A stretch of DNA of 64,000 nucleotides from Nitrospira sp. (GCA_047150005.1 AP038806.1:3328001-3392000), one strand, 5' to 3'. Shown: positions 26,918 to 37,799, counted from the first letter of the stretch. Numbers and translations: made by a program. The notes: generated from the sequence alone by a model not told the origin.

Positions 26918-29782
26918 ATGAGCGAGAGCAAGTCACGGGGGGGCGAGAAAAAGGGAGTCGCGCGGAAGCAAGTTGTGCAGAGGGACGCCGCGCAAAAGGA
27001 CGCCGCGCAGTCAGGAGAGCGGAAAGCCATGACGCGCGAGCATGAGCGGCTCGAAGCGGCGCGGACGCACAAGCTGGCCTGGAAGAAATGGGGACCCTAC
27101 TTGAGCGAGCGGCAATGGGGTACGGTGCGGGAGGATTACAGCGAGTCCGGCAACGCCTGGGACTATTTCACCCACGATCAGTCACGCTCGCGGGCCTACC
27201 GTTGGGGGGAGGACGGACTGGCTGGATTTTCCGACGACAAGCAGCGGCTCTGTTTCGCCCTAGCGATGTGGAACGGGAAGGATCCGATCCTGAAGGAACG
27301 GCTGTTCGGGCTGACCAACAGCGAAGGCAACCACGGCGAGGACGTGAAGGAATATTATTTTTACCTGGACAGCACGCCGACACATTCCTACATGAAATAT
27401 CTCTACAAATACCCGCAGGCCGCCTATCCGTACGACGCGCTCGTCGACACCAACCGCCGGCGAGGACGACAGGAGATGGAATACGAGCTGATCGACACCG
27501 GCCTGTTCGACGAAGACCGGTACTTCGACGTGTTCGTGGAGTACGCCAAGGAAAGTCCCGACGACATCCTGATCAAGATCAGCGTCAGCAACCGGGGCCC
27601 GGAGTCGGCGCCTCTGCACGTGCTGCCGACGCTGTGGTTCCGCAACACCTGGTCCTGGTCGAACGGCGCCGCGAAGCCGAGTATCGAGCAGGTGACCGGC
27701 TCCAAAGGCCTGACCATCGCCATGGCCTCGCACGAAGAATTGGGTAAGCGCTATCTCGCCTGCGAGGGCGACGTGCCCTTGTTGTTTACTGAAAACGAAA
27801 CCAACATGCAGCGGCTGTTCAACAAGTCGAACGCCGGTCCCTATGTGAAAGACGGCATCAACGAGTATCTCGTGGGCGGCCAGCAGGCGGCGGTCAATCC
27901 GTATCGGACCGGCACCAAGGTCGCCGCGGTCTACCGGCTCGACGTTCCCGGCGGAGAGACGAAGGTGATTCGCTTGCGGCTCTCACACGCGGCTCCACCG
28001 GATGACGCAGCCGCCGCCAAGTCCTTCCCGGTCCGCTTCGACAAGGTCGTGAGCGAGCGTGTCGCCGACGCGGATCAATTCTATGCTTCCATTACTCCCG
28101 GCAGGCTGAGCCAGGAAGAGGCCCTGGTGATGCGACAATCCCTGGCGAGTCTGCTGTGGACCAAACAGTATTATTACTTTGATCTGGACAAGTGGCTGGA
28201 AGAACACGGGGTCGATCCATTGATACCGGCCAAGGCACCGAACCTGCGTAACCGGCACTGGTTCCATATGCTCAACGACGACGTGATCTCCATGCCGGAC
28301 AAATGGGAATATCCCTGGTACGCCGCCTGGGATCTGGCCTTCCACTGCGTGGCGCTGACGGCCGTGGACGCAGACTTCGCGAAACGGCAGCTCGATTTGA
28401 TGCTTCACGACATGTACATCCATCCCAACGGACAGGTGCCGGCCTACGAGTGGAACTTCGGAGACGTCAATCCCCCCGTGCACGCCTGGGCCACCTGGTT
28501 CGTCTACCAGGCCGACAAGCAGATCAGCGGACAGGGAGATCTGCAGTTCTTGAAGAACGGGTTTCAGAAGCTGGTCTTGAATTTCACCTGGTGGGTCAAC
28601 CGGAAGGACCCCAGCGGGCGAAACGTGTTCGAGGGAGGCTTTCTGGGGTTGGACAACATCGGTGTCTTCGATCGGAGCGCACCGCTGCCCACGGGCGGGT
28701 CGCTTGAGCAGGCGGACGGCACGGCCTGGATGGCGTTGTTTTCCCAAAACATGCTGGACATCGCACTCGAGCTGGCGGCGCACGATCCGATCTATGAGGA
28801 AATGGCGCTGAAGTTCCTGCAACATTTCCTGTGGATCGCCGCCGCGATGGATCGCATCGGCGAGCATCACGATGAAATGTGGGACGAGGCGGACGGGTTT
28901 TTCTACGACTTGCTCAGGCTTCCCGACGGCCAGGCGACCAGGCTCAAAGTACGGTCGATGGTCGGGTTGCTGCCGCTCTGCGCTTCGACGGTCTTCGACA
29001 TGGACGTGGAGGAAAGGTTCCCGGACCTGCTCGAACGGGCGAGGCAATTTCTCCGGCGGCATCCGGAGCTGATGGCCACCATCGCTCCGCCGAACAAGCC
29101 GGGCATCAAGAATCGCCGGCTCCTCTCGATTCTGGACGAGTCGAAGCTGCGGCGCGTGCTCGAGAAGATGCTCGATGAGCATGAATTTCTGAGCCCGTTC
29201 GGGATCCGCTCCCTCTCGCAATACCACCGCGATCATCCGTATGTGTTCACCGTGCACGGCGAAGAGTATCGGGTGAACTATTTGCCCGCCGAATCGGACA
29301 CCGGCATGTTCGGCGGCAACTCCAATTGGCGGGGGCCCGTCTGGATGCCCGTCAACGTGCTGATCATCAGAGCCCTGCTGAATCTCTACGGGTACTACGG
29401 CAATGAGTTCACCGTGGAATGTCCCGCCGGATCGGGCCGACGGATGAATCTCTTCGAAGTGGCGCAAGAGATTACCATGCGTCTGAGCAGGATTTTTGTC
29501 CGAGACAAGGAGGGGCGCAGGGCCGTATTCGGCGGAGTCGAGAAATTTCAGAACGATCCGCACTGGCGGGATTGCCTCCTCTTTTACGAATACTTTCACG
29601 GAGACAACGGCGCCGGGCTCGGGGCGAGCCATCAAACCGGCTGGACCGGCCTCATCGGACGTCTGCTCCAAATCTACGGAGCGGTCAAGCCGGAGGACAT
29701 TCTCGAACAAGGCAAGCTCGGCACCTCGAGGCGCATTGCCGGATTGGCTCAGGGACGAAAGAAACCCGGCACCAAGACGTGA
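26918..29782 (+). CDS. GH63-like (MGH1) glucosidase, copy 1
   Basis: WGPYLSERQWGTVREDYS, SMPDKWEYPWYAAWDLAFH, GGNSNWRGPVW, GLGASHQTGWT; GGAGGAGG RBS. Confidence 0.88.
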   Translation: MSESKSRGGEKKGVARKQVVQRDAAQKDAAQSGERKAMTREHERLEAARTHKLAWKKWGPYLSERQWGTVREDYSESGNAWDYFTHDQSRSRAYRWGEDGLAGFSDDKQRLCFALAMWNGKDPILKERLFGLTNSEGNHGEDVKEYYFYLDSTPTHSYMKYLYKYPQAAYPYDALVDTNRRRGRQEMEYELIDTGLFDEDRYFDVFVEYAKESPDDILIKISVSNRGPESAPLHVLPTLWFRNTWSWSNGAAKPSIEQVTGSKGLTIAMASHEELGKRYLACEGDVPLLFTENETNMQRLFNKSNAGPYVKDGINEYLVGGQQAAVNPYRTGTKVAAVYRLDVPGGETKVIRLRLSHAAPPDDAAAAKSFPVRFDKVVSERVADADQFYASITPGRLSQEEALVMRQSLASLLWTKQYYYFDLDKWLEEHGVDPLIPAKAPNLRNRHWFHMLNDDVISMPDKWEYPWYAAWDLAFHCVALTAVDADFAKRQLDLMLHDMYIHPNGQVPAYEWNFGDVNPPVHAWATWFVYQADKQISGQGDLQFLKNGFQKLVLNFTWWVNRKDPSGRNVFEGGFLGLDNIGVFDRSAPLPTGGSLEQADGTAWMALFSQNMLDIALELAAHDPIYEEMALKFLQHFLWIAAAMDRIGEHHDEMWDEADGFFYDLLRLPDGQATRLKVRSMVGLLPLCASTVFDMDVEERFPDLLERARQFLRRHPELMATIAPPNKPGIKNRRLLSILDESKLRRVLEKMLDEHEFLSPFGIRSLSQYHRDHPYVFTVHGEEYRVNYLPAESDTGMFGGNSNWRGPVWMPVNVLIIRALLNLYGYYGNEFTVECPAGSGRRMNLFEVAQEITMRLSRIFVRDKEGRRAVFGGVEKFQNDPHWRDCLLFYEYFHGDNGAGLGASHQTGWTGLIGRLLQIYGAVKPEDILEQGKLGTSRRIAGLAQGRKKPGTKT

Positions 29783-29821
29783 CCGGGACTGCGGACCGCA
29801 CCCGTTGATCGAAGGGAGACG

Positions 29822-31297
29822 ATGATGAAGGACAGCTGGCCGAAACGACCGGTGATCTATGAGATCAACACCTGGGTGTGGCTCTACGAGCTCAGTCGAA
29901 AGTACGGCAAGACCGTGACGCTGGCGACCGTTCCTGACGCGGAATGGGACGGCCTCGGCGCCTACGGGTTCGATGCGGTGTGGTTCATGGGGGTGTGGGA
30001 ACGGAGTCCGGCCGGCATGGCCATTTCCATGAAGAACGGCGGGCTGTTGGCGGACTTTCGTAGGGCCCTGCCGGATTTTTCCCCGCAAGACAACGTGGGA
30101 TCGCCCTATTGTGTGCGCCGTTACGTCGTGGACGCCAACCTGGGAGGCCCGGAGGGATTGGTTGCCGCCAGAGGGAAACTGGCCGCACGCGGGCTTCGGC
30201 TGATCCTGGATTTCGTGCCGAATCACGTGGCGCCGGATCATCCTTGGGTGAACGAGCATCCCGAGTACTTCATTCAGGGAACCGACGACGACGCGGCCAA
30301 GCAGCCGGATGCGTTCGTCCGGATAGATGGCAAGGTCCTGGCCTGCGGACGCGATCCCTATTTCCCCGCCTGGCCCGACGTGCTGCAGTTGAACGCCTTT
30401 GATGCCGAGTTGCGCAAGGCGGCGGTCGACACGGTCAACTCGATTGCCGATCAATGCGACGGCATGCGCTGCGACATGGCCATGCTCCTGATGAATCCCA
30501 TTTTCGAGCGGACGTGGGGGGCACGGGCCGGCGCCAGACCGGCGACCGAGTATTGGCCGGATCTGATCGCCGCAGTGCGGAAGCGCCATGCCCAGGTGCT
30601 CTTCATCGCCGAGGCCTATTGGGATCTGGAGTGGGACCTGCAACAGCAGGGTTTCGATTACTGCTACGACAAGCGGCTCTACGATCGTCTGGAACACAAT
30701 GCGGCCGAGACGGTGCGATTGCATCTCTGTGCCGATCTGGCCTATCAGGAGCGACTCGTCCGTTTCGTCGAAAATCACGACGAGCCGCGGGCTTCGGCGA
30801 CGTTCGAGACGGGCAAGGCGGCGGCGGCTGCCCTGACGGCGGCCGCCTTGCCGGGCGCCAAGCTCTTTCACGAAGGACAGTTTGAAGGTCGCTGCGTGAG
30901 GCTCCCGGTGTTTCTCCGTCGCAGGCCGGATGAGCCGCCGGACGAGGGGCTGCGGAGCTTTTATCGGACGCTCTTGAGATTCCTGCGTGCCGATGACGTG
31001 AGAAACGGCGAGTGGTCCTTGTGCGAGCGCCGTGGATGGCCGGACAACCGGAGCTTCCTGAACCTACTGGCCTGGTGCTGGCGCAAAGGCAACGCGCGGC
31101 ATCTGATCGTCGCAAATCTCTCGCCCGCAGAGGTCCAAGGTGAGGTCATGCTGCCGTGGAAGGATCTCGCAGGGCGTTCCTGGCGGCTGGCTGACGTCAT
31201 CAGCGGAGAGGTGTTCGACCGTCACGGCGACCAGCTGAGCAAGAGCGGACTTTACGTCGATCTGGATCCGTGGAAATTCCACGTACTCAAGTTCTGA
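29822..31297 (+). CDS. GH13 alpha-amylase family protein
   Basis: LDFVPNH, DGMRCDMA, FIAEAYW, ENHDE. Confidence 0.88.
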   Translation: MMKDSWPKRPVIYEINTWVWLYELSRKYGKTVTLATVPDAEWDGLGAYGFDAVWFMGVWERSPAGMAISMKNGGLLADFRRALPDFSPQDNVGSPYCVRRYVVDANLGGPEGLVAARGKLAARGLRLILDFVPNHVAPDHPWVNEHPEYFIQGTDDDAAKQPDAFVRIDGKVLACGRDPYFPAWPDVLQLNAFDAELRKAAVDTVNSIADQCDGMRCDMAMLLMNPIFERTWGARAGARPATEYWPDLIAAVRKRHAQVLFIAEAYWDLEWDLQQQGFDYCYDKRLYDRLEHNAAETVRLHLCADLAYQERLVRFVENHDEPRASATFETGKAAAAALTAAALPGAKLFHEGQFEGRCVRLPVFLRRRPDEPPDEGLRSFYRTLLRFLRADDVRNGEWSLCERRGWPDNRSFLNLLAWCWRKGNARHLIVANLSPAEVQGEVMLPWKDLAGRSWRLADVISGEVFDRHGDQLSKSGLYVDLDPWKFHVLKF

Positions 31298-31312
31298 GGA
31301 ACTCCTCCCCTG

Positions 31313-32512
31313 ATGCTGGAAGCTCATCCTGCCATATCTGATCCTTGCACCCCCTATACGTTATTCGACGACGGGCCGGCCTATCGTGTTGAAGAGAAGC
31401 TCGGCTTGCTCCGGGGCGGTCAACGGCGGACAGGGCGTCGCGTGTTGTTCGCTCTCCTCGTGGCATGGCTGCCGATGCTGTTGTTGGCGGCGGTACAGGG
31501 GTTGGCGATCGGGCCGACCCGCCTCGAATCATTTCTGATGGACTTCATCATCAACGTGCGGTTTCTGATTACTGTGCCGGTCCTGCTCGTAGGAGAAGCG
31601 ATTTGCGAAGGGCAGCTCCGGACGGTGGTGGGGCAGTTTACGGACGCGCGCCTGGTGAAGGACGAGGCGCGGAGGCAGTTCGACGAGATCGTGCAACGTA
31701 CCGTTCGCGTGAGCCGCTCTGGCCGAACGGACAGCCTGCTGGTGGGGTTGGCCTACTTGCACGGCCTGACGGCCATCATCGTACAGCTGTATGGTCTCCA
31801 TTACCCGACGTGGCGCGCACCCAGTATCGACGGTCACATCACCGTCTCGCTGGCGGGATATTGGTACATCCTGGTGGCCTTTCCTCTCTACGCCTTTCTC
31901 CTCTGGCGATGGCTGTTCCGTATCGGTTTGTGGTGGTGGTTTCTGCGGCAAGTGTCGAGACTCGACTTGCAGATTACTCCAACCCATCGAGATGGAGCCG
32001 GAGGACTGGGATTCTTGAGCGATTCTTTCCAGGCGTTCGTCCCTTTCGTGTTCGCCGAGGGAGCGATCGTCGCCGGAACGATGGCGGATTTCGTCATGTA
32101 CGAGGGGGATACCCCACTTCAATACCAGTGGCACGTGATCGGATTCGTCGCCATTATGCTCATCCTGGTTGTGGGGCCTTTGTTGACATTCATGCGCCCG
32201 TTGTACAAGGCCAAGGAAGAAGCCATGCTGCAATACGGAGCCCTGTCGTCGCGGCTGATCCACATTGTCGAGGGGAAGTGGGTTCGCGCGACTCCAATGC
32301 GGGAGGATCTCGAATCGAGCATGCCCGACTTCCGCGCGGTCACCCACCTCGGCCAGTCGGTGACCGCGGTCCGCAACATGTCGATCCTTCCCCTGCAGAA
32401 GGACGATGTGCTCAAGCTGATCGTGATGGCGTTGCTTCCTCTCCTGCCCGTAGCCGTGACCCAGATCCCGATGGGAGAGGTCTTCTCGCTGTTGGTGAAA
32501 TTGGTGCTTTAA
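31313..32512 (+). CDS. Conserved multi-pass membrane protein of unknown function
   Basis: Several transmembrane segments; PTHRDGAGGLGFL motif. Confidence 0.75.
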   Translation: MLEAHPAISDPCTPYTLFDDGPAYRVEEKLGLLRGGQRRTGRRVLFALLVAWLPMLLLAAVQGLAIGPTRLESFLMDFIINVRFLITVPVLLVGEAICEGQLRTVVGQFTDARLVKDEARRQFDEIVQRTVRVSRSGRTDSLLVGLAYLHGLTAIIVQLYGLHYPTWRAPSIDGHITVSLAGYWYILVAFPLYAFLLWRWLFRIGLWWWFLRQVSRLDLQITPTHRDGAGGLGFLSDSFQAFVPFVFAEGAIVAGTMADFVMYEGDTPLQYQWHVIGFVAIMLILVVGPLLTFMRPLYKAKEEAMLQYGALSSRLIHIVEGKWVRATPMREDLESSMPDFRAVTHLGQSVTAVRNMSILPLQKDDVLKLIVMALLPLLPVAVTQIPMGEVFSLLVKLVL

Positions 32513-32530
32513 GAGCGAGGCGAGAGTCCA

Positions 32531-33316
32531 ATGATGAAACATTCTGCGGGACATGGCGCCCTGGTGGTCCTTCTCCTCTGTCTCGCCGGCTGCCCCGGAT
32601 CGGTGTATCTGTGGGAAGTAAGGACCGAGTCGACGAGGAAGCCTTCCGAGTTTTCCGTCGCGGTCTTGAAACGCGAACCGGTCGGCATATTCGAAGCGCT
32701 CACTTCACCGGGACTGCATGGCAACGAGGTCGGCCTTGCCCTTTCTCTCAAGCGCGTGGTCGAGCGAGTGTCTCCCACCATGAATCTGGTGCCTCCCATT
32801 GAAGTGGCCTCCCGCATCAACCGGCAGGGGTTGACGCCTGAGTATACCCGCATGAGGATGGACTACGAACAAAGCAATATTCTTGACCGTGACCCTCTCA
32901 AGAAAATTGGGCAAGCGCTGGGGGTGCGCTATGTCCTCCAGCCTCGGTTGGCCGCCTTCACACAGACCTTGTACGATCGGTGGAAAGTGCCCGCTCTGGA
33001 GATCAACGTCATACGGATCCGATCCAGCATCATCAGACTGAGCTTGCAGATTTGGGACACCGAAACGGGTGATTTGGTCTGGGCTTCCACCGCTGAGGGA
33101 TCGTTTCAAGAAGAAGCGCTCTCGGAGGATCCCGTCTATTTGAGGGAAGCCGGCAGAATCACATGGGGCAGCATCGTCTCGGATTTCGCGCGCGACAGAA
33201 CGGCCTCCCGGTACTCTCCGACGAACAATCTCTTGGATTCGCTGGTCGGGCCGGATATCGAGGAAGAATCGCCCGCCAACGGGTCCGCCGCTTCCGCGCC
33301 CGCGACGAAACAATAG
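32531..33316 (+). CDS. Hypothetical lipoprotein (CsgG/TolB-N-like fold possible)
   Basis: LAGC lipobox; KIGQALGVRYVL, LQIWDTETGDLVW. Confidence 0.7.
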   Translation: MMKHSAGHGALVVLLLCLAGCPGSVYLWEVRTESTRKPSEFSVAVLKREPVGIFEALTSPGLHGNEVGLALSLKRVVERVSPTMNLVPPIEVASRINRQGLTPEYTRMRMDYEQSNILDRDPLKKIGQALGVRYVLQPRLAAFTQTLYDRWKVPALEINVIRIRSSIIRLSLQIWDTETGDLVWASTAEGSFQEEALSEDPVYLREAGRITWGSIVSDFARDRTASRYSPTNNLLDSLVGPDIEEESPANGSAASAPATKQ

Positions 33317-33459
33317 GAACCGTCTCGGCCATGGTTCACGTTCATCCCGACCAACCTGATGCCCACTTTACTTTTGTGTCTTGTTCAATTAGGGTCTTGC
33401 CCGCCTGAAGATCGAAATGGGATGGAATCCGGATGACTTACCAACAGGAGGTGCTTGCC

Positions 33460-34176
33460 ATGATGACAGATTCACAGCGTGTCGGAGTGCGGTTCAGATC
33501 GATCGCGGTCGGTGCCGCGTTGTTCGGGATACTCTGCGCATATGGTGCGACCACGGCCGTGGCCGCCGACGCACCGGAGCAGCAAATGCTGGTGGACAAG
33601 GCACTGCTGACGGTGGAGTCCTTTGCGGCAGACGACGGAATGAAGGGAGCGCTGAAAGAGTTGGGGAAGGAGGCCAAGGCGCTGTTCATCGTGCCCCAAT
33701 TCATGCGTGGCGCCTTCATTTTCGGTGGGGCAGGGGGGAGCGGTCTGCTGTTGGTGAAGGATGAGAAGACCGGAAAGTTCGGCGATCCCGTCTTCTATAA
33801 CATCGGCTCCGCCAGCTTCGGACTGCAGATCGGCGCCGACGTCTCTGAAATGATTCTTGTGGTGAGGACTCAAAAGGGGCTGGAAGAATTCTACACGAAC
33901 GATTTCAAGTTGGGTGCGAACGCGGGAATTGCCGCCGGTCCCGTGGGCGCGGGAGTCTCGGCAAAGGGTATCGCCGCAGACATTGTGGCCTATGCGAAAA
34001 AGAAGGGTGTCTTTGGCGGACTCGCCGTGGACGGATCGGGCATCACGGTCTCGAACGATTCGAACAAGGCGTACTACGGGAGAGAAGTCCGTCCCACGGA
34101 CATTGTCGTGAAGAAGGAAGTCGGGAATCCCAAAGCGCTGAATCTACGGAATGCTGCCGACAAACTGGTGGATTAG
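33460..34176 (+). CDS. Lipid-binding SYLF/YSC84 domain protein
   Basis: ALFIVP, GGAGGSG, SFGLQIG, GVFGG, NKAYYG; GGAGG RBS. Confidence 0.88.
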   Translation: MMTDSQRVGVRFRSIAVGAALFGILCAYGATTAVAADAPEQQMLVDKALLTVESFAADDGMKGALKELGKEAKALFIVPQFMRGAFIFGGAGGSGLLLVKDEKTGKFGDPVFYNIGSASFGLQIGADVSEMILVVRTQKGLEEFYTNDFKLGANAGIAAGPVGAGVSAKGIAADIVAYAKKKGVFGGLAVDGSGITVSNDSNKAYYGREVRPTDIVVKKEVGNPKALNLRNAADKLVD

Positions 34177-34459
34177 CGCAATCGAATGCGCCGAGGGGAA
34201 GTATGGACGGGTGCGGGCTCGCATTCCTCCCGGCGCTCGGCTGCGCCGGCTCTCTACAGCCGGCCGGTGCGAACATCCTCCACTCCGATACAATCGATGC
34301 AGGATCCCGGATTCATGGAGGAGGAAATCAGAGCGGCGTTCGGAGGTATCAACACCGATGGTGCGTTCCTAAGGACCTCGACTCAGCATGGGCGCCTCCT
34401 CCGCCACGGCTATTGAAGGAGATGCAAGAGAAGGTGGAACCCGTGCAGAACTAGTCGGC

Positions 34460-35461
34460 ATGATCCGGGACAGGCGATGCGATCGGTCCAAGACGGTTGC
34501 GGGGCTCGTGCTCCTCTCGGTTCTTCTCGCGAGCGGCGGTTATCCGGCAATGGGTGAAGTGGTGACCGCCGAATCCGCCGCAGAGACTGAGCCAGCCTCA
34601 ACCGAGTCGGAGGAGGAGATTGAGTCGGAGGCGACCCCGGAGCAGGAGGCGACTCCTCCGGGCGAGGCTCCGAAGCGAAAACGTCGCATCCTCAAGCGTC
34701 TCGGCCCGCAAGGATTGACGTCTGAACAGGAGGCGGAGGCCGAACGACTCCGGAAACTGGCCGCCAAGTACGGAACCGATCCCACCGCCATCGTCGGCCG
34801 GGTCCAGTTATCCAGTCAGTATCTCGATCTGCCCCAAAGTGCGAACGCCACCGCGACGGTGGCGCGCGTTGATCTCCCGTTTCGAGGGAACTACCTGCTC
34901 CGGTTCGACATGCCGTTTCTCAAGACGGTCGATCCCAACCGTCCTGGAGCGACCAATCTGCGAGGCCTGAGCGATCTCAACGTCACGGCAGGCTGGCGGG
35001 CGTACAATACGCCCGAATATGCCGTACTCGTCGGGGCGCTCACCACATTCCCTACCGCCGACGAAACAGGATTGGGTCTGGGCAAGTATACGGTCGGTCC
35101 GATCCTCGCCTCGGCCCGATTTGTTCCACAATGGGACTCGTTTTTGATCGGCTTAGTGCAATATCAGACCGCAGTCGGTGGAGACCCATCCCGAAGCGAT
35201 GTGTCGCTCTTTAGCACCGCCGTTCAGGTGAATTCGTTCTGGGCAAAGAAGTGGTGGACCGTCGTCAACGCCGTGTGGCAGGTCAATTTCGTGCAGAACG
35301 CAAAGAGCAGCATGACGATGGAATTTGAGGGCGGCAGGAATTTAGTCGGGACACTGGGTGCCTATGTGCGACCGGGCGTCGGAATCTGGGGGCGTGATTT
35401 GCCCGGATCCTATATCTGGAACATCGAGGTGGGAGTCCGATACATGTTCAAGACGTTCTAG
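34460..35461 (+). CDS. Putative outer-membrane beta-barrel with acidic N-terminal extension
   Basis: Signal peptide, E-rich linker, DPT, GLSD, PTA..LGLGKY..GP, C-terminal VRYMF; start uncertain. Confidence 0.65.
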   Translation: MIRDRRCDRSKTVAGLVLLSVLLASGGYPAMGEVVTAESAAETEPASTESEEEIESEATPEQEATPPGEAPKRKRRILKRLGPQGLTSEQEAEAERLRKLAAKYGTDPTAIVGRVQLSSQYLDLPQSANATATVARVDLPFRGNYLLRFDMPFLKTVDPNRPGATNLRGLSDLNVTAGWRAYNTPEYAVLVGALTTFPTADETGLGLGKYTVGPILASARFVPQWDSFLIGLVQYQTAVGGDPSRSDVSLFSTAVQVNSFWAKKWWTVVNAVWQVNFVQNAKSSMTMEFEGGRNLVGTLGAYVRPGVGIWGRDLPGSYIWNIEVGVRYMFKTF

Positions 35462-35463
35462 TT

Positions 35464-36360
35464 TTATTTCAGGGCTTCCGCGCCGCCGACGATGTCCATG
35501 AGCTCCTTCGTAATCGCCGCCTGCCTGGTCTTGTTGTAATAGATCGTCAATTTCTTGATCAGCTCTCCGGCATTGCGTGTGGCGCCGTCCATGGCCGTCA
35601 TGCGGGCCCCTTGTTCGGCGGCCGACGATTCCAACAGAATGCGATAGGCCTGAACGTGAAAGTTTCGGTGCAGCAGCTGTTCAAGCAATTCGTCCTCGCT
35701 CGGCTCATACAGATAACCGCCCGGCAGCTGCTCGGTTCCCTGGTCGGCCTCCTTCACGGCAGAGATCTCGACGACCCAATCGAGCGGGAGCAGCCGCTCG
35801 ACGACGACCCGTTGCTGTATGGCCGACTTGAACTCATTGTAAATGGCGTAGACAGCGTCGATGCGATCCGCAGCGTAATTCTCAAGGGCTTGGAGCTCGT
35901 TGCCCAACAACATCCCATGCTCGAATGACAGTTTGTCGAAGACGTCCACGATTTCACGACGCACTGTCCAGCCGCGTCTTCGGAAAAAATCGCGTCCCTT
36001 CCGGCCGATGACGACGACCTGGACCGTGGCTCCAGCCGACTCGAATTCTTTCAATGCCGCCGCCGCCGCTCGCAGGATGTTTGCGTTGAAGGCGCCGCAC
36101 AACCCGCGGTCGCTCGTGACCACAGCCACCTCGATGCGATGACCTTCCCGCTTCTTGAGTAGCGGGTGCGCGTCCCGATTTACACGCCGGCTGAGGGCGC
36201 GAATCGCATCCCGCATCTTGAGCGCGTACGGCCTGGCGGCAAGAATGCGGTCCTGGGTGCGCTTGAGCTTCGCCGCCGCCACCATCTTCATGGCTTTGGT
36301 GATCTTCTGCGTCTTTTTGACGGAATCGATCTTTCGCCGGACTGATTGGAGACTCGGCAT
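35464..36360 (-). CDS. atpG: F1Fo ATP synthase gamma subunit (stand-alone copy)
   Basis: KITKAMKMVAAAK, TSDRGLCGAFN, ARMTAMDGAT, YNKTRQAAITKELMDIVGGAEAL. Confidence 0.95.
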   Translation of the reverse strand: MPSLQSVRRKIDSVKKTQKITKAMKMVAAAKLKRTQDRILAARPYALKMRDAIRALSRRVNRDAHPLLKKREGHRIEVAVVTSDRGLCGAFNANILRAAAAALKEFESAGATVQVVVIGRKGRDFFRRRGWTVRREIVDVFDKLSFEHGMLLGNELQALENYAADRIDAVYAIYNEFKSAIQQRVVVERLLPLDWVVEISAVKEADQGTEQLPGGYLYEPSEDELLEQLLHRNFHVQAYRILLESSAAEQGARMTAMDGATRNAGELIKKLTIYYNKTRQAAITKELMDIVGGAEALK

Positions 36361-36414
36361 CGTACGTCGCCTTGTTCTATGTCATGTGTTGCAACGCGCC
36401 TCGGAACGGCCAGA

Positions 36415-36444
36415 AGGCTATCACTTGGTGACGAAATGGGTCAA
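36415..36444 (-). promoter_or_regulatory. Putative own promoter of atpG
   Basis: Minus strand TTGACC, 18 bp spacer, TGa-TAGCCT. Confidence 0.4.
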
Positions 36445-36527
36445 GCCCGCAACATCAGAGAACCTGCGAGGAACTTTTTGCCCCGACATGCAGGAGTGGC
36501 GAGGCGTTAGCGAGATGGAGTATTCGG

Positions 36528-37799
36528 TCATGAATGAGTCGCGCTTCGCAGTCGTTCATGCGTGGCCACTGAGTCAAATTGCTTCCGGAACGCTTCCGCG
36601 GTTGACCCGGTCACTTTAGCGAAGTGAGCGAGCCGATCGTGGTCGTCAAAATCCTGTGTCTCCAGGCGCGTCATGTAACGACGGGCAATACGATAGGGTT
36701 CGGCAGCGATATCCACCATGCGGACGCGGGTACGTTGCGTGGCCGGATCGAGAATCCTGTCGAAAGGCATCGGCGAAAACGTGCCGTTGATGATTGAGAT
36801 CATCGCACCTGTTCCCCCTGACATCAGGTATTCGGCGGCACAGCATCCTAGGTCGCGACAATATTCCATATCGAACGGGATGGGATCCGCGCAGCGCAGT
36901 TCAAATCCGACATCCTTCACCCTGATTTTAGGATTGAGACCATAGAGGGCCAATCGCCCGAGGACTTCCTTCTTCAATACGTGTCCCAAATCAAGATCCG
37001 CTAATTCTATATGGCCATGTTCGTCGCGGGAGACGGACGCCAACGCAGTCAGGTCTTGAGGATCCATGACCTCCGCGAGTCCCTCTGCCAGGACTGCGAC
37101 TCCATCCTCCCGCCCTTCAGTCAGCCGTTTGATAATCGAACCGGCCACAATATCCGCCATGATCCCCAATCTGACAGGCCGCTCGTGAAACTCTTCTGGA
37201 ATCAATGTCAGGGTAGCCCCGGCTGCTTTACCGATGCCTAAGGCAAGATGACCTGCCTTACGTCCCATCGCGACCACAAAAAACCAATGAGCGGCCGTCC
37301 ACGCATCCGCGAGGAGGTTCTGAACTGCATGCGTACCGACATGTCGGGCCGTTTGAAAACCAAAGGTCGGTGTTCCTTGCGGGAGATCGAGATCGTTATC
37401 GATGGTTTTGGGGACGTGCACGATTCGCAAACGCTTTTTTGCGGAACGTTCAAGTGTGAGAGCAGAAAAACAGGTATCGTCCCCACCAATGGTGATCAGT
37501 CCCGTCACGCCGAGTTGCAGAAGACTGTTTAGCGTTTCGCCCAGATGTGCCGAATTCTTCGTGGGGTTGGCCCGCGCGGTCTTGAGGATGGATCCCCCTT
37601 GAAAATGAAGCCGGTCAACGTGTTCGTAGGTCAGCGGCATGACTTTGCTGATATCACCCTGCATGATCCACTTGAAGCCTTGCTGAATACCTAATACTCG
37701 CTTCCCCTCAGCGAGGCATCGGATCGTTGCGGCCCCGATCACGGCATTGATGCCCGGAGCAGGTCCTCCGCCGACCAATATGGCGACTGTTTCGGTCAT
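36528..37799 (-). CDS. pfp: Pyrophosphate-dependent phosphofructokinase
   Basis: GGGPAPGIN, GGDD (Asp marks the PPi type), PKTIDND, MGRKAG. Confidence 0.88.
   Translation of the reverse strand: MTETVAILVGGGPAPGINAVIGAATIRCLAEGKRVLGIQQGFKWIMQGDISKVMPLTYEHVDRLHFQGGSILKTARANPTKNSAHLGETLNSLLQLGVTGLITIGGDDTCFSALTLERSAKKRLRIVHVPKTIDNDLDLPQGTPTFGFQTARHVGTHAVQNLLADAWTAAHWFFVVAMGRKAGHLALGIGKAAGATLTLIPEEFHERPVRLGIMADIVAGSIIKRLTEGREDGVAVLAEGLAEVMDPQDLTALASVSRDEHGHIELADLDLGHVLKKEVLGRLALYGLNPKIRVKDVGFELRCADPIPFDMEYCRDLGCCAAEYLMSGGTGAMISIINGTFSPMPFDRILDPATQRTRVRMVDIAAEPYRIARRYMTRLETQDFDDHDRLAHFAKVTGSTAEAFRKQFDSVATHERLRSATHS

Noticed and set aside
27983..30871. Long antisense ORFs (also 19419..20777, 23726..25315, 42340..43899, 54482..56590 and others)
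   Set aside because: Shadows of well-supported plus-strand genes in GC-rich DNA, with no recognisable motifs.
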